The notes: a model not told the origin generated them from the sequence alone. Shown: positions 30,438-40,609, counted from the first letter of the stretch. The stretch: 64,000 bases of DNA from an uncultured Chroococcidiopsis sp. (GCA_964248365.1 CAXTYC010000008.1:32001-96000); one strand, 5' to 3'. Numbers and translations: made by a program.

Positions 30438-31613
30438 GGCTTTGGTGCATGAATACTAGAAATGTTAGGGTGTAAGCAGAGCCTCAAGCCAAACGCGACG
30501 CATGAAGACGAAACCGAAAACCAGCTATCGAATCCGCAACTGGCAGGAGTACGACGGGGCCCTAAAGCAACGAGGGAGTATTACCTTTTGGGTGAGTGAA
30601 CAAGTAATTCAACAGTGGCGCAACGAGCAGAAAACTGGGCGCAAAGGAGCATCCAACTACTACAGTGATCTGGCAATCACGACAATGGGAACACTCAAAT
30701 CAGTGTTTAGATTAGCTTCAAGGCAGACCGAAGGGTTTTTGGAATCGTTATTTACATTAATGGGAATCGATTTGGCAGTGCCAGATCACACGACGCTCTC
30801 ACGGCGATTGGGGAAGTTGACGGTGGAGTTGCCTGTAGTACCCAAAGCTAAAGGAGTACACGTAGTGGTGGATTCTACCGGAGTGAAAGTGTATGGTGAC
30901 GGTGAGTGGAAAGTCCGGCAACGGGAGGCTGAGCTTGAAAAAATAGTGGAACCGTATTCGGTTGGTTGGTTGTATGTAACGAGATATCTTGTTGGGTTGA
31001 CGGTTCCACTATTTTTTTGTCGCCATATTCCAAATAAAGCAAGTAAGCGACGGACATGGCGTAAGCTGCATTTAGGAGTGGATGAAGCGTCGGGGGAGAT
31101 TTTAGCCCCCGTGGTGAGCACCAATAACATCAGCGACAGTGAAGTTTTACCCCAACTGCTTGATGCTATTCCTGAAGAGATTGAGCAAGTATCTGCCGAC
31201 GGTGCTTATGACACGGCAAGCTGCTACGACGCAATTGACCAACGACGAGCCACTGCTGCCATTCCTCCACGCCGCAATGCTCGGATTTGGCAACATGGCG
31301 ACCGCAAAGCACCGCCCCATCCACGGGATGAAAATTTGCGGCAGATTAGAAAAATTGGGCGAACAAAGTGGAAGCGTCAAAGTAATTACCATCGCCGTAG
31401 TCTAGCTGAAACTACCATGTTTCGCGTTGCACCCATCTTCGGTGGCAAGCTCCTTTCACGTTCATTCGACAATCAAGTAGTAGAGTTATTTCTTCAATGT
31501 GCCGCGCTCAACCGCATAATTGGAGTAGGTAAGCCCGATAGTTATTTAGTCGAGAGCTAATTCAACACTGTTTTCAGGGGAAGTCTTCTTCTGCTGATTC
31601 ATGCACCAAAGCC
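30438..31613 (+). mobile_element. IS5-family (IS903 group) insertion sequence
   Basis: Perfect 17-bp TIR GGCTTTGGTGCATGAAT (30438-30454) / ATTCATGCACCAAAGCC (31597-31613); 9-bp target duplication GGATTGAAT at 30429-30437 and 31614-31622. Confidence 0.95.
30502..31560 (+). CDS. IS903-type DDE transposase with an in-frame ~37-aa insertion
   Basis: RNWQEYD.ALKQRGS, VVDSTG, WRKLHL, ADGAYD, RSLAETTM. Confidence 0.9.
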   Translation: MKTKPKTSYRIRNWQEYDGALKQRGSITFWVSEQVIQQWRNEQKTGRKGASNYYSDLAITTMGTLKSVFRLASRQTEGFLESLFTLMGIDLAVPDHTTLSRRLGKLTVELPVVPKAKGVHVVVDSTGVKVYGDGEWKVRQREAELEKIVEPYSVGWLYVTRYLVGLTVPLFFCRHIPNKASKRRTWRKLHLGVDEASGEILAPVVSTNNISDSEVLPQLLDAIPEEIEQVSADGAYDTASCYDAIDQRRATAAIPPRRNARIWQHGDRKAPPHPRDENLRQIRKIGRTKWKRQSNYHRRSLAETTMFRVAPIFGGKLLSRSFDNQVVELFLQCAALNRIIGVGKPDSYLVES

Positions 31614-32174
31614 GGATTGAATCAAACATTTGCAACTTGTTGATCTGGGCTATTCATGAGTGTGGATATTGGTCAAAAATAGACTATATCTTTCCTGAGC
31701 CTTGCCAAGAAAACGTATGGCTCTATGATGTAGACACTAAAAGTTTTATTGGTTACTTCATCGCACAATACGAAGGATTATACGGCTACTAGTCTAATAA
31801 TTACGCATACCGTTCGCATTTCTTCTAAATTTCGACAGAGCCAGGTATCCAGTCTTACTACACTGCGGGAGATCCGCCTCAATTTCTGATTGATACTTTT
31901 GCGGATAAAGGAAGTGAAATTGTAATTTGGGAGAAAACTTTGAATAAAGATCATCCCTTACTACAAAAAGCTAAGGCTGAGTGTGCAACCTTGAATCCAC
32001 CTCTGAACAAGTCTGTTGCTACTCGAATCTGGAATAAGTCTACTCCTGTAACATTTTGGACTGACTGGAGTGCCAGAAAAGCTAAACATCTGAGCAAGGC
32101 AGAGGGCGCTATAAACACAGGCAGTTCATGCTGAGCATAATCGCAGCTACAATTACGTCTACTAAAAAAATTTT

Positions 32175-32705
32175 ATGTCGTCACAAAACATAGGCGAAGA
32201 AATCGCTGGTCTTTACCTCCAGCTTGAGCATAAATGCGCCTTCGTTCAATATAATCTCTACACTCCCGATGTCCAAGGCGAGATCGATGTCATAGCTATC
32301 AATTTTACCGATAAGATCGTCTACATCTGTGAAGTTGCCGTACATTTGGTTACAGGATTGCAGTACGCTGACAACTACGAGCGGCTGGTCAAAAAGTTTA
32401 AAAAAGACATCGATTACGCACAGAAGGCGTATCCAGAATATGAGAGAGTGTATATGCTCTGGTCTCCTATTGTAAAGAAGGCTGGATCAAACGCTAAACA
32501 CAATCAACTAAAGGCTGTCGAGCAAGTACGCGATCATCTACGAACGACACGCGGCATCGAGATTCAGCTTATTATTAACGAAGCTTATGAAAAATGCCTG
32601 GAGAGACTCCGCGATTACGCAGCGAAAGAGACAAAAGAACTCAAATCTCTAGTCTTACGCTTGTTTCAAATTGAGGAATTTCTTGATCGGCATCTTCAGA
32701 AATGA
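32175..32705 (+). CDS. PD-(D/E)XK restriction-endonuclease-like protein
   Basis: GEE helix, then GEIDVIA...YICEVAVH pattern. Confidence 0.6.
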   Translation: MSSQNIGEEIAGLYLQLEHKCAFVQYNLYTPDVQGEIDVIAINFTDKIVYICEVAVHLVTGLQYADNYERLVKKFKKDIDYAQKAYPEYERVYMLWSPIVKKAGSNAKHNQLKAVEQVRDHLRTTRGIEIQLIINEAYEKCLERLRDYAAKETKELKSLVLRLFQIEEFLDRHLQK

Positions 32706-32896
32706 TCTATGAGCAACACAAAATTTCATCCCTCGCCAGATCTAACTGATTGTAGCCCAGTCTGATCGCTCATCCCACGCTCATGTTAGACATCCTACCT
32801 CGGTAAGCGATCTGATCGCCGTCAAAATGCCATCATGCCGAGGATCGCCCCATCTCCCACCTATGAGACCATAAAGTAAACAAAGGCTTTACTAGT

Positions 32897-33472
32897 ATGG
32901 TTAACCCTACCATCGCTATTCCCACAACATTCAAAGTTACTCACGAGCAATTCGAGCAACTTGCCGCCGTTAACCGCGACTTAAGGCTAGAGAGAACCGC
33001 ACAGGGAGAGTTAATTGTCATGCCCCCCACTGGTAGCGATACAGGCAACCGCAACCTAGATATCGAAGGGCAGCTTTGGCTGTGGAACCGTCAAACTAGG
33101 CTAGGTAAGGCGTTTAACTCTTCTAGTGGTTTTCACTTACCCAATGGAGCCTTTCGCTCTCCTGATGCTGCTTGGATTAAGTTAGAGCGATGGGAAGCTC
33201 TCACACCAGAGGAACAAGAAGGCTTTGCTCCTATATGCCCGGATTTTGTTGTAGAATTGCGCTCAAAGTCTGACAACATGGAACCCTTACGGGCAAAGAT
33301 GAGAGAATACATCGAAAATCAAGCTGTTTTGGGGTGGTTGATTGACCGGAAAAATAGGAAAGTTGAAATCTACAGGCAAGGACAGAATGTGGAAGTGTTG
33401 GATAATCCTACCACCTTGTCAGGAGAAAATGTACTGCGGGGATTTGTTTTGGACTTGACAGAGGTTTGGTAG
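32897..33472 (+). CDS. Uma2-family endonuclease
   Basis: LERTAQGELIVMPP, RSPDAAW, CPDFVVELRS, LGWLID. Confidence 0.92.
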   Translation: MVNPTIAIPTTFKVTHEQFEQLAAVNRDLRLERTAQGELIVMPPTGSDTGNRNLDIEGQLWLWNRQTRLGKAFNSSSGFHLPNGAFRSPDAAWIKLERWEALTPEEQEGFAPICPDFVVELRSKSDNMEPLRAKMREYIENQAVLGWLIDRKNRKVEIYRQGQNVEVLDNPTTLSGENVLRGFVLDLTEVW

Positions 33473-33662
33473 TAACACCCTGTCTCGATCGCCCTCACCC
33501 TTTGAAACTACCCCATTTCTCTATCTGTAGAGCTATAGACTTTTGAGAAACTCTTTATTTCTCTTCATTATTGTTAAAAATTTTTAGGAATTGCCGAATT
33601 GGCTGCAATTTGCAGTAGATTCATCTTCAATGACAGTATTATTCCATTAGGAAACTTCAATT

Positions 33663-33806
33663 ATGATTTCAGCTTCGTACTTAATGTTGTTCTCAGCTTC
33701 GTATCTACCCTCGCTTCTGGTTCCTCTATCTTGTCTAGTGTTTCCCGGTATAGCTATGGCGCTCTTGTTTTTGTACGTTGAACGCGAAGATCCTTCAGGA
33801 ATCTAG
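33663..33806 (+). CDS. psaI: Photosystem I subunit VIII
   Basis: Manual translation: MISASYLMLFSASYLPSLLVPLSCLVFPGIAMALLFLYVEREDPSGI. Confidence 0.88.
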   Translation: MISASYLMLFSASYLPSLLVPLSCLVFPGIAMALLFLYVEREDPSGI

Positions 33807-33894
33807 TAGCTACCTGCTTTCTTCCTAGGCGTAGTCTAAGAACCAGAAAGTTAGAGATGTCTATTTACTTAGCCATCTCCCATCCCTATCAAGG

Positions 33895-33931
33895 AAAAAA
33901 CCGCTCATCTTATTAAGATCAGCGGTTTTTT
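33895..33931. terminator. Bidirectional intrinsic terminator between psaI and psbJ
   Basis: AAAAAACCGCT...AGCGGTTTTTT. Confidence 0.75.
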
Positions 33932-34012
33932 ATGTTAAATGAGTGATAAAACACTCACACTTGTTTTTGAGAGATCGCTAATAAATAAGCGCGATCGCCA
34001 CTTTACACCACT

Positions 34013-34132
34013 TTACAAAGAAGAACCTAAATGAGTGTAGGAACCATAAAAGAAAGTTCCCACCACAACAATTACACCTAAACCTGCTACTGTGGCTACA
34101 ACCCACAGAGGAATTCTTCCACTTCCAGACAC
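34013..34132 (-). CDS. psbJ: Photosystem II protein J (GTG start)
   Basis: Manual translation: [39 protein letters not shown]. Confidence 0.95.
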   Translation of the reverse strand: MSGSGRIPLWVVATVAGLGVIVVVGTFFYGSYTHLGSSL

Positions 34133-34195
34133 AGTTTCTCCTCCTTAAATAACTTGCATCAACACTCAAATGAGCAATATATTAACCTTTTCCAG

Positions 34196-34318
34196 TTAGT
34201 TAAAGAAATAACTGGAAAACAGAATACCCAGAACAAAAACCAGCAACAAACCTAAGTAAAGTGAAGTTCGATTTAATTCAACTGGTTGATTATTGGTATT
34301 GCGAGTTCTTTCAGGCAT
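34196..34318 (-). CDS. psbL: Photosystem II protein L
   Basis: Manual translation: [40 protein letters not shown]. Confidence 0.96.
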   Translation of the reverse strand: MPERTRNTNNQPVELNRTSLYLGLLLVFVLGILFSSYFFN

Positions 34319-34327
34319 AGATATCTC

Positions 34328-34462
34328 CTAGCGTTGAATAAACTGCATGGAAGCGATCGCACCCAAAAAGAATACTGTTGGTACAGCCAAGGTGTGAACC
34401 GCCAGCCATCTTACTGTAAAAATCGGATATTGAATTGGTTGATTTACGTTGCTATTAGTCAT
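34328..34462 (-). CDS. psbF: Cytochrome b559 beta subunit
   Basis: Manual translation: [44 protein letters not shown]. Confidence 0.97.
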   Translation of the reverse strand: MTNSNVNQPIQYPIFTVRWLAVHTLAVPTVFFLGAIASMQFIQR

Positions 34463-34472
34463 GTCAAACTAC

Positions 34473-34718
34473 TTACTTAAGGAATTGGTCAATTTGTTGT
34501 TTACCTTCAAAGCGATCGCTAATGATCGGTAATTCTTGGCGTGTTTGGGTGTAATACTCGTTTGGACGAGGTGTACCAAACGTATCGTATGCTAGCCCAG
34601 TGCTAACAAATAGCCAACCAGCAATAAATAATGCTGGGATGGTAATACTATGAATCACCCAGTAACGGACACTAGTAATAATATCCCCAAACGGACGTTC
34701 TCCTGTTGTCCCCGACAT
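34473..34718 (-). CDS. psbE: Cytochrome b559 alpha subunit
   Basis: [26 protein letters not shown]. Confidence 0.98.
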   Translation of the reverse strand: MSGTTGERPFGDIITSVRYWVIHSITIPALFIAGWLFVSTGLAYDTFGTPRPNEYYTQTRQELPIISDRFEGKQQIDQFLK

Positions 34719-34776
34719 CTACATTCCTCCATTAAGAACTAATGCTTTATTACTTATTATCCTACGAAACCCTACC

Positions 34777-34823
34777 AACTGGTAACTGATAACTGGTAAC
34801 TGGTAACTGGTAACTGGTAACTG
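34777..34823. repeat. Heptamer tandem repeat (GGTAACT)n, an example of the STRR-like repeats scattered across the window
   Basis: Visible tandem array. Others include (CCCTAGC/CCTCTAG)n at ~3061, 27474, 27580 and 45730, and (AGAAGTC)n at ~50117. Confidence 0.85.
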
Positions 34824-34825
34824 AT

Positions 34826-35866
34826 TTAAGCTGATTCGGTCTGCCCTTGATATCGCAGCAAAACACCACGTTGACCAATAATATATCCTTGCTCAGGTGT
34901 GAGAAAAACAATCTTGTAAAAATTAGAGGCAACATCTTCAATTTTGCGGTCTTTTTGCCAAGTTTTGCCCCCATCTAAACTACATAGCAAGTTTCCACTA
35001 CCGCCACCTATCCAAATTTCATTTGGTGTCCGGTATGCCAAATCTAGCAACCCCCAACTAGTAGAAAACTCTGGATTGTGAGCTTCTTCCCACTCCTCCA
35101 GGTTGTCTTCTTTGGTAAACTGCACTTGACCACCCCTAGCAAGCATCCAAATGCGTCCATCTTTACCAAAGCCCATATTTTGGACACGACGGGAACTATT
35201 ACGGTTATGTCCTTGCCATACACTCTGACCTGGTTCCCAAGTAGAATAAAAGTTACCCTTAGCCGAAACCGCTATATATTTTCCATCTGGGGAACGGGCA
35301 ATGTTACGTAACACACCTACCGCTTCCTGTACCATTGCCTTCCAATTTTTACCCCCATCAGTTGTCCGATAGATAGCTCCAATATCAGTAGTCATCTCGG
35401 CGGACTGCGGTCCCAAAGCCACAATCGTATTAGGATTGCCTGGTAACTTTTCACTTAAAGCGATGCGCGTCCATGATTTGCCGCCATCTGTTGTATGCAA
35501 CAGCAGCGCTGGTTCTCCTACAACCCACCCTTCTTGACCAGAAAAATTGACAGAAGACAAGAGATAATTATCTTCTAGATCTAGGTTTTTCGGCTGCCAA
35601 GTTTTACCCCCGTCTGTTGTTTCCAACAAAGTTGATTTACTACCCACCAACCAACCATGGTTCGGGTCATCAGTAAAACCAATGTCTTGCAAGTTTGCCT
35701 CTGCTGGCACAGAAATCACTTCCCAAGGGTTGTAACTAGTAGAGGGTACACTACTACAACCAATACAAAATAAGACAATTGCTGTAACCAGAACAACCCT
35801 TTGCCAAAGTTTGAATAGTGAAGCCATTAGTATTTGTAAGTTTTCTTTTAGACGAATTGAGCGCAT
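34826..35866 (-). CDS. ycf48: PSII assembly factor Ycf48/HCF136 (start may be 35827)
   Basis: TTDGGKTW repeats, VSAKGNFYSTWEPG, RNSSRRVQNMG; lies between rubA and psbE. Confidence 0.95.
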   Translation of the reverse strand: MRSIRLKENLQILMASLFKLWQRVVLVTAIVLFCIGCSSVPSTSYNPWEVISVPAEANLQDIGFTDDPNHGWLVGSKSTLLETTDGGKTWQPKNLDLEDNYLLSSVNFSGQEGWVVGEPALLLHTTDGGKSWTRIALSEKLPGNPNTIVALGPQSAEMTTDIGAIYRTTDGGKNWKAMVQEAVGVLRNIARSPDGKYIAVSAKGNFYSTWEPGQSVWQGHNRNSSRRVQNMGFGKDGRIWMLARGGQVQFTKEDNLEEWEEAHNPEFSTSWGLLDLAYRTPNEIWIGGGSGNLLCSLDGGKTWQKDRKIEDVASNFYKIVFLTPEQGYIIGQRGVLLRYQGQTESA

Positions 35867-35980
35867 AAATGTCCGATCGCAGTTATATCCGAATAATCGC
35901 TTAATTGTTCACAGCATAATTTCGCCGCTTGCAACAGTGAAGCGCTCCTAGTCCTTCCTTTGCTTTACTTGTAAGCGGGT

Positions 35981-36316
35981 TTATTGTATCCCATAGAGAC
36001 TAAGGAAAAACAAAAAGGCGATCGCCAACCCACCAAAAATTAGTAAATTCTTTTGTGTTGGCGTTAGGTTATTAACACCTAAACCGAAATTCAAATTGTC
36101 TTGGAAGCCAGACGCTTTACCTACCTGACCAATATTCTGGAACTGAGATTTTTTCACTCCACAAACCGGACAACGCCAAGTATTGGGCAGTGAGGCAAAA
36201 GGTGTCCCAGGGGCAACAGAATATTTGCTGTCTCCCTTGGTTGGTTCATAAACATAACCGCAGGCAAGACATTCGTAGCGGTCTAACGCTTGATTTTCAA
36301 CAGCAGGTTCGTTCAT
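35981..36316 (-). CDS. rubA: Membrane-anchored rubredoxin
   Basis: [16 protein letters not shown]-terminal TM helix. Confidence 0.95.
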   Translation of the reverse strand: MNEPAVENQALDRYECLACGYVYEPTKGDSKYSVAPGTPFASLPNTWRCPVCGVKKSQFQNIGQVGKASGFQDNLNFGLGVNNLTPTQKNLLIFGGLAIAFLFFLSLYGIQ

Positions 36317-36530
36317 GGCTTGACAGGAGGAGGAGAAAGCTTAAATGTCTGTTAAAAATTATGACATAAGTGTTGAAAACAAGTAAGCAGGGGCAAGGTA
36401 TACCTTACCACTACTTTGAAGTGTGTAAGTGTTGCGGCGGGGAACGCAAAAAGTAGTAATTTCCCCTTTCCCCTTTTATTTACTACTTAAGAGGTTTGTG
36501 AACAGCAAAAAGATATAATGTAAATCTAAG

Positions 36531-38953
36531 TTGCGATTCGATGTCCCACGAAAGAGTGAGTCCCTAAGAACGACTCCCGGCTAGTGTCCAAGCCAGTACC
36601 CGCCTGAAGGAGCAAACAGAGTAATCCGTTTGTTTCACAGCTAGAAGGTTAAGTGTCCAAAGTCCTGTTAGCCAAAATACGGGATAAGGGCGCTTGGTAA
36701 GACTGACACGGTTAACGCAAGTGAACCTTTGATGAGGCACCGTTATTACAGGTTATCGGAATTGGCTTATACGATAACATGGAGGTTAAGAAAAAGTAGC
36801 CTCCATACTACTTAGCATAACTCATTCACTTAGATGAGTTATTGGACACCATAAAGCCTCCGGTGTATAGAAGGAACCTAACCCAGTCGCATCTCAAACG
36901 TGTGGAACGAAGAACCCCGGTAGGGTCTAATGCTAGATTCTATGCAATTAGTAAGGGAGCCGCAAGGCAACCAGAAACCCCTAGCGGTGGCAGGAGGCTA
37001 CAAAAAGCGAAAGCTACCAAACCGAAAGGTAACGAAAATACATAATCGGGTGGATAGGGTAATGCCCAAGTTGAAAGACTGCTGACGTGTAGCTGGTAAG
37101 TCTCCTAAAAGCTCAAAGAGAGAGCAACGAACTCAAAGGGAAAAGTTAGACGCACCCAGCTATGGATGTGAGCGTAACCGAGAGGACGTGCGATTGGAAT
37201 AACGTAAATTGGCGTAAAGCCAATCGTATTGTTAGAAACTTAAGACAGAGAATTTTTAGGGCTACCCAAGAGGGCAATTTTCGCAAGGTCAGAAGCCTAC
37301 AAAGACTAATGATGCGTAGCTACTCCAACATCCTAATAGCGACCAGGAGAGTCACGCAAACCAACAGCGGAAAGAACACGCCAGGGGTGGACAAACTGGT
37401 AGTCAAAGCACCAGAAACCAGAGGAATATTAGTGGATGCATTAGCAAAACACATCCCCTGGAAACCACTTCCCACAAAAAGGGTTAACATCCCTAAAGCC
37501 AATGGAAAGAAACGCCCTCTAGGAATACCTAGCATAATCGACAGATGCCTACAGGCGATTGTAAAAAACGCATTGGAACCATTTTGGGAATCCAAATTTG
37601 AAGGCAGCAGCTATGGATTTCGACCTGGCAGAAGCGCCCACGATGCAATTGGTAAAATATTCTTAATTGCCCGTCCTAACAAGACAAAAAAGTGGGTATT
37701 AGATGCCGATATCAAAGGGTGTTTTGATAACATCGCCCATGAACCACTAATGCAGACCATTGGCAACTTTTCCGCCAGGAAAATCATTTATCAGTGGTTA
37801 AAAGCGGGGTACATGGACAAAGGGGGATTCCAGAATACCCATTCGGGAACTCCACAAGGTGGAATAATCAGCCCCCTTTTGGCTAACATTGCCTTGCATG
37901 GGATGGAAAGCGCATTAGGAATAAAGCACAATAACCGAGGGCAAATCATCGGCAAACGAGCAATAGTCCGATACGCAGACGACTTGGTTGTGTTTAACGA
38001 AACCAAAGAAGATGCTGAAAAATCCAAAACTATTCTCAATGAGTGGTTAGGAAAAACAGGACTGGAATTGTCAGAAGACAAAACCAGAATTACCCAACTT
38101 AAAGACGGGTTTGATTTTCTAGGTTTCAACATAAGACACTACGCAGATAACAACACCAAAACGGGTTGGAAACTACTAATCAAGCCAAGTAAAAAATCCA
38201 TCCTATCTATGCGGGAGAAACTCAGACAGGAATGGCTAAACCTGAAAGGGAAAAGCGTTCAAAGAGTTATAGAAAAGCTAAACCCCATCATTCGCGGGTG
38301 GGCTAATTATTTCCGCATTGGAGTATCTTCAGTAATATTCCATTGAGCAGACAATTGGATGTACAGGAGAGAATGCAGGTATGCAAAAAGGACACACCCG
38401 AATAAAAGTGACAAATGGCGCAAACAAAGATACTGGGGTAGATTGACCCTTCGACTTCGCTCAGGGCTTCGCCTCACGCGCTCAGCCGAACGGTCGAATC
38501 TGGAAAGACAGGATAACTGGGTATTTGGCAACAAAGACTCAGGAAATTACCTACTTAAGTTTTCATGGTTCAATATAGAAAGACATACTCTGATAAAGGG
38601 AAAAGCATCACCAGATGACCCATCCCTTAAGAGCTACTGGGTGAACAGGGAAAAGGAAAAGACTAAAATCCTAATTCCGAGCTACCAAAAGATAGCAAAA
38701 AATCAGGGATTAATATGTCCAAATTGTGGAGAAAGTCTCTTTAACAAAGAAGAAATCCACAAACATCACATAATACCCAAGTCAATTGGCGGAAAGGACA
38801 CGTATTCCAATTTACAGTTGGTACACCTCCTTTGCCATCAGCAAATCCATCTTGGAAATATAGCTCAATGACTTGCTCAAGCCGGATACTTGGAAAACTT
38901 GTACGTCCGGTTTCTAGGGGGGAAAGAGACACAAATGTCTCCGCCCTACCCAC
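36531..38953 (+). mobile_element. Group II intron (IIB/chloroplast-like class) with RT-maturase-HNH ORF
   Basis: 5' end TTGCG at 36531. EBS1 CTTAGA (36829-36834, in the AACTCA/TGAGTT stem-loop) pairs with IBS1 TCTAAG (36525-36530). Domain V AAGCCGGATAC...GTACGTCCGGTTT at ~38879-38913; domain VI ends CTACCCAC at 38953. Confidence 0.9.
37162..38871 (+). pseudogene. Intron-encoded RT/maturase/HNH protein split by a premature TGA (38344-38346)
   Basis: TPGVD, RPLGIP, SYGFRPGRS, DADIKGCFD, GTPQGGIISPLLAN, RYADD, LNPIIRGWANYF. The 38359 ORF is in the same frame and carries CPNC...HKHH...NLQLVHLLCHQQIH (HNH). Confidence 0.9.
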
Positions 38954-38992
38954 CAACAAATTTATTGACTCTAGCAACGGTAATTATCCATC

Positions 38993-39355
38993 GTGTTTGT
39001 TCTTAGTGGCTACGAGTACTTACTAGGCTTTTTATTAGTCTGTAGCTTAGTGCCTGCACTAGCTCTGTCCGCATCCAAGCTTTTGCGACCAAGTGGTCGT
39101 AACCCAGAACGCCGCACAACATACGAATCAGGTATGGAACCAATTGGCGGAGCCTGGATTCAGTTCAACATCCGCTACTATATGTTTGCCTTGGTCTTCG
39201 TCATTTTTGACGTAGAAACAGTATTCCTATATCCTTGGGCAGTGGCGTTCCACACCCTAGGACTGTTGGCGTTTGTTGAAGCCCTAATTTTTATTGCAAT
39301 TCTTGTTGTTGCCCTTGTCTATGCTTGGCGTAAAGGAGCCTTGGAATGGTCTTGA
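38993..39355 (+). CDS. ndhC: NDH-1 subunit C (GTG start)
   Basis: [30 protein letters not shown]. Confidence 0.97.
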   Translation: MFVLSGYEYLLGFLLVCSLVPALALSASKLLRPSGRNPERRTTYESGMEPIGGAWIQFNIRYYMFALVFVIFDVETVFLYPWAVAFHTLGLLAFVEALIFIAILVVALVYAWRKGALEWS

Positions 39356-40071
39356 ATCCTAACACAGCAGAGCCTCATCGCATCATTAACCCGATTGAAA
39401 GACCTACCGTTACACAAGAACTTTCTGAGAATGTTATTCTCACAACGGTTGACGACCTTTACAACTGGTCTAGGCTTTCGAGTTTGTGGCCTTTACTGTT
39501 TGGTACTGCCTGTTGCTTCATTGAGTTTGCGGCTTTGATTGGTTCACGGTTTGACTTTGACCGCTTTGGGCTGATTCCCCGTTCTAGTCCCCGTCAAGCC
39601 GATCTGATCATTACAGCCGGAACCATTACGATGAAGATGGCTCCCCAGTTAGTGCGTCTTTATGAACAGATGCCTAACCCGAAGTATGTGATTGCTATGG
39701 GAGCTTGCACGATCACTGGCGGGATGTTCAGCGTTGATTCGCCAACAGCCGTGCGTGGTGTTGATAAACTGATTCCCGTAGATGTCTATCTACCTGGTTG
39801 TCCTCCGCGTCCAGAGGCGATTATTGATGCCATTATTAAGCTGCGGAAGAAGATTGCTAATGAGTCAATGCAAGAGCGAAATCCAATTAAGCAAACCCAT
39901 CGCTACTACAGTACTACTCATAACATGAAGGCGATCGCGCCAATCTTAACAGGCGAGTATTTGCAGTCTAGCACTCGCTCCCAACCGCCCAAGGAATTGA
40001 CCGAAGCGATAGGAATGCCAGTACCACCCGCGCTACAATCCGCCCAAAAGGAGGAGATTCGACGTGGCTGA
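39346..40071 (+). CDS. ndhK: NDH-1 subunit K
   Basis: [30 protein letters not shown]. Confidence 0.97.
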   Translation: MVLNPNTAEPHRIINPIERPTVTQELSENVILTTVDDLYNWSRLSSLWPLLFGTACCFIEFAALIGSRFDFDRFGLIPRSSPRQADLIITAGTITMKMAPQLVRLYEQMPNPKYVIAMGACTITGGMFSVDSPTAVRGVDKLIPVDVYLPGCPPRPEAIIDAIIKLRKKIANESMQERNPIKQTHRYYSTTHNMKAIAPILTGEYLQSSTRSQPPKELTEAIGMPVPPALQSAQKEEIRRG

Positions 40072-40609
40072 AGAATCTAACCCTGCACCTGCACCAGAAT
40101 CGGCAGGAAATGCTTCTGCATCACAGCTAGTTGAAGCTGGAAAGGTTTCTCGATGGTTGAGCGAAAATGACTTTGAGCATGAGTCAATGGAACCCGATCA
40201 TCAAGGTGTTGAGATCATTAAGGTAGCTCCCGACTACCTACTGCCCATTGCTACGGCACTTTACGCCTATGGCTTCAACTATCTCCAGTTTCAATGTGGC
40301 TACGATTCTGGTCCTGGGCAAGATTTAGTCAGTGTATATCATTTAATAAAAATGACTGATAACGCTGACCGACCAGAAGAAGTGCGAGTCAAGGTGTTTC
40401 TTCCCAGGGAAAACCCCCGTCTGCCTTCAGTATATTGGATCTGGAAGACAGCCGACTGGCAAGAGCGCGAATCCTACGATATGTTCGGCATTGTCTATGA
40501 AGGACACCCGAACCTAAAACGAATTTTAATGCCAGAAGACTGGAGAGGCTGGCCTTTACGTAAGGATTACATCTCGCCTGACTTCTACGAATTACAAGAT
40601 GCTTACTAG
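40064..40609 (+). CDS. ndhJ: NDH-1 subunit J
   Basis: [31 protein letters not shown]. Confidence 0.97.
   Translation: MAEESNPAPAPESAGNASASQLVEAGKVSRWLSENDFEHESMEPDHQGVEIIKVAPDYLLPIATALYAYGFNYLQFQCGYDSGPGQDLVSVYHLIKMTDNADRPEEVRVKVFLPRENPRLPSVYWIWKTADWQERESYDMFGIVYEGHPNLKRILMPEDWRGWPLRKDYISPDFYELQDAY

Larger units (their letters stand above)
30341..32134 (+). pseudogene. Hypothetical gene interrupted by the IS and carrying two nonsense codons
   Basis: Removing the IS and one target duplication joins MSNYTKH...IEWIE|SNICNLL... in frame. The frame continues past TAG (31790) and TAA (31826) into the 31940..32134 ORF. Confidence 0.65.

Noticed and set aside
33599..34480. Track ORFs 33599..33781, 33978..34169 and 34286..34480
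   Set aside because: They are wrong-frame or antisense overlaps of the real small genes psaI, psbJ, psbL and psbF.
36842..37045. 67-aa ORF upstream of the RT
   Set aside because: It lies in structured intron RNA (domains I-III) and has no protein-like features.
37162..38346. RT as a retron, DGR or defence RT
   Set aside because: Domain V/VI, EBS1-IBS1 pairing, maturase and HNH identify a group II intron; no template/variable repeat pair or msr-msd was seen.
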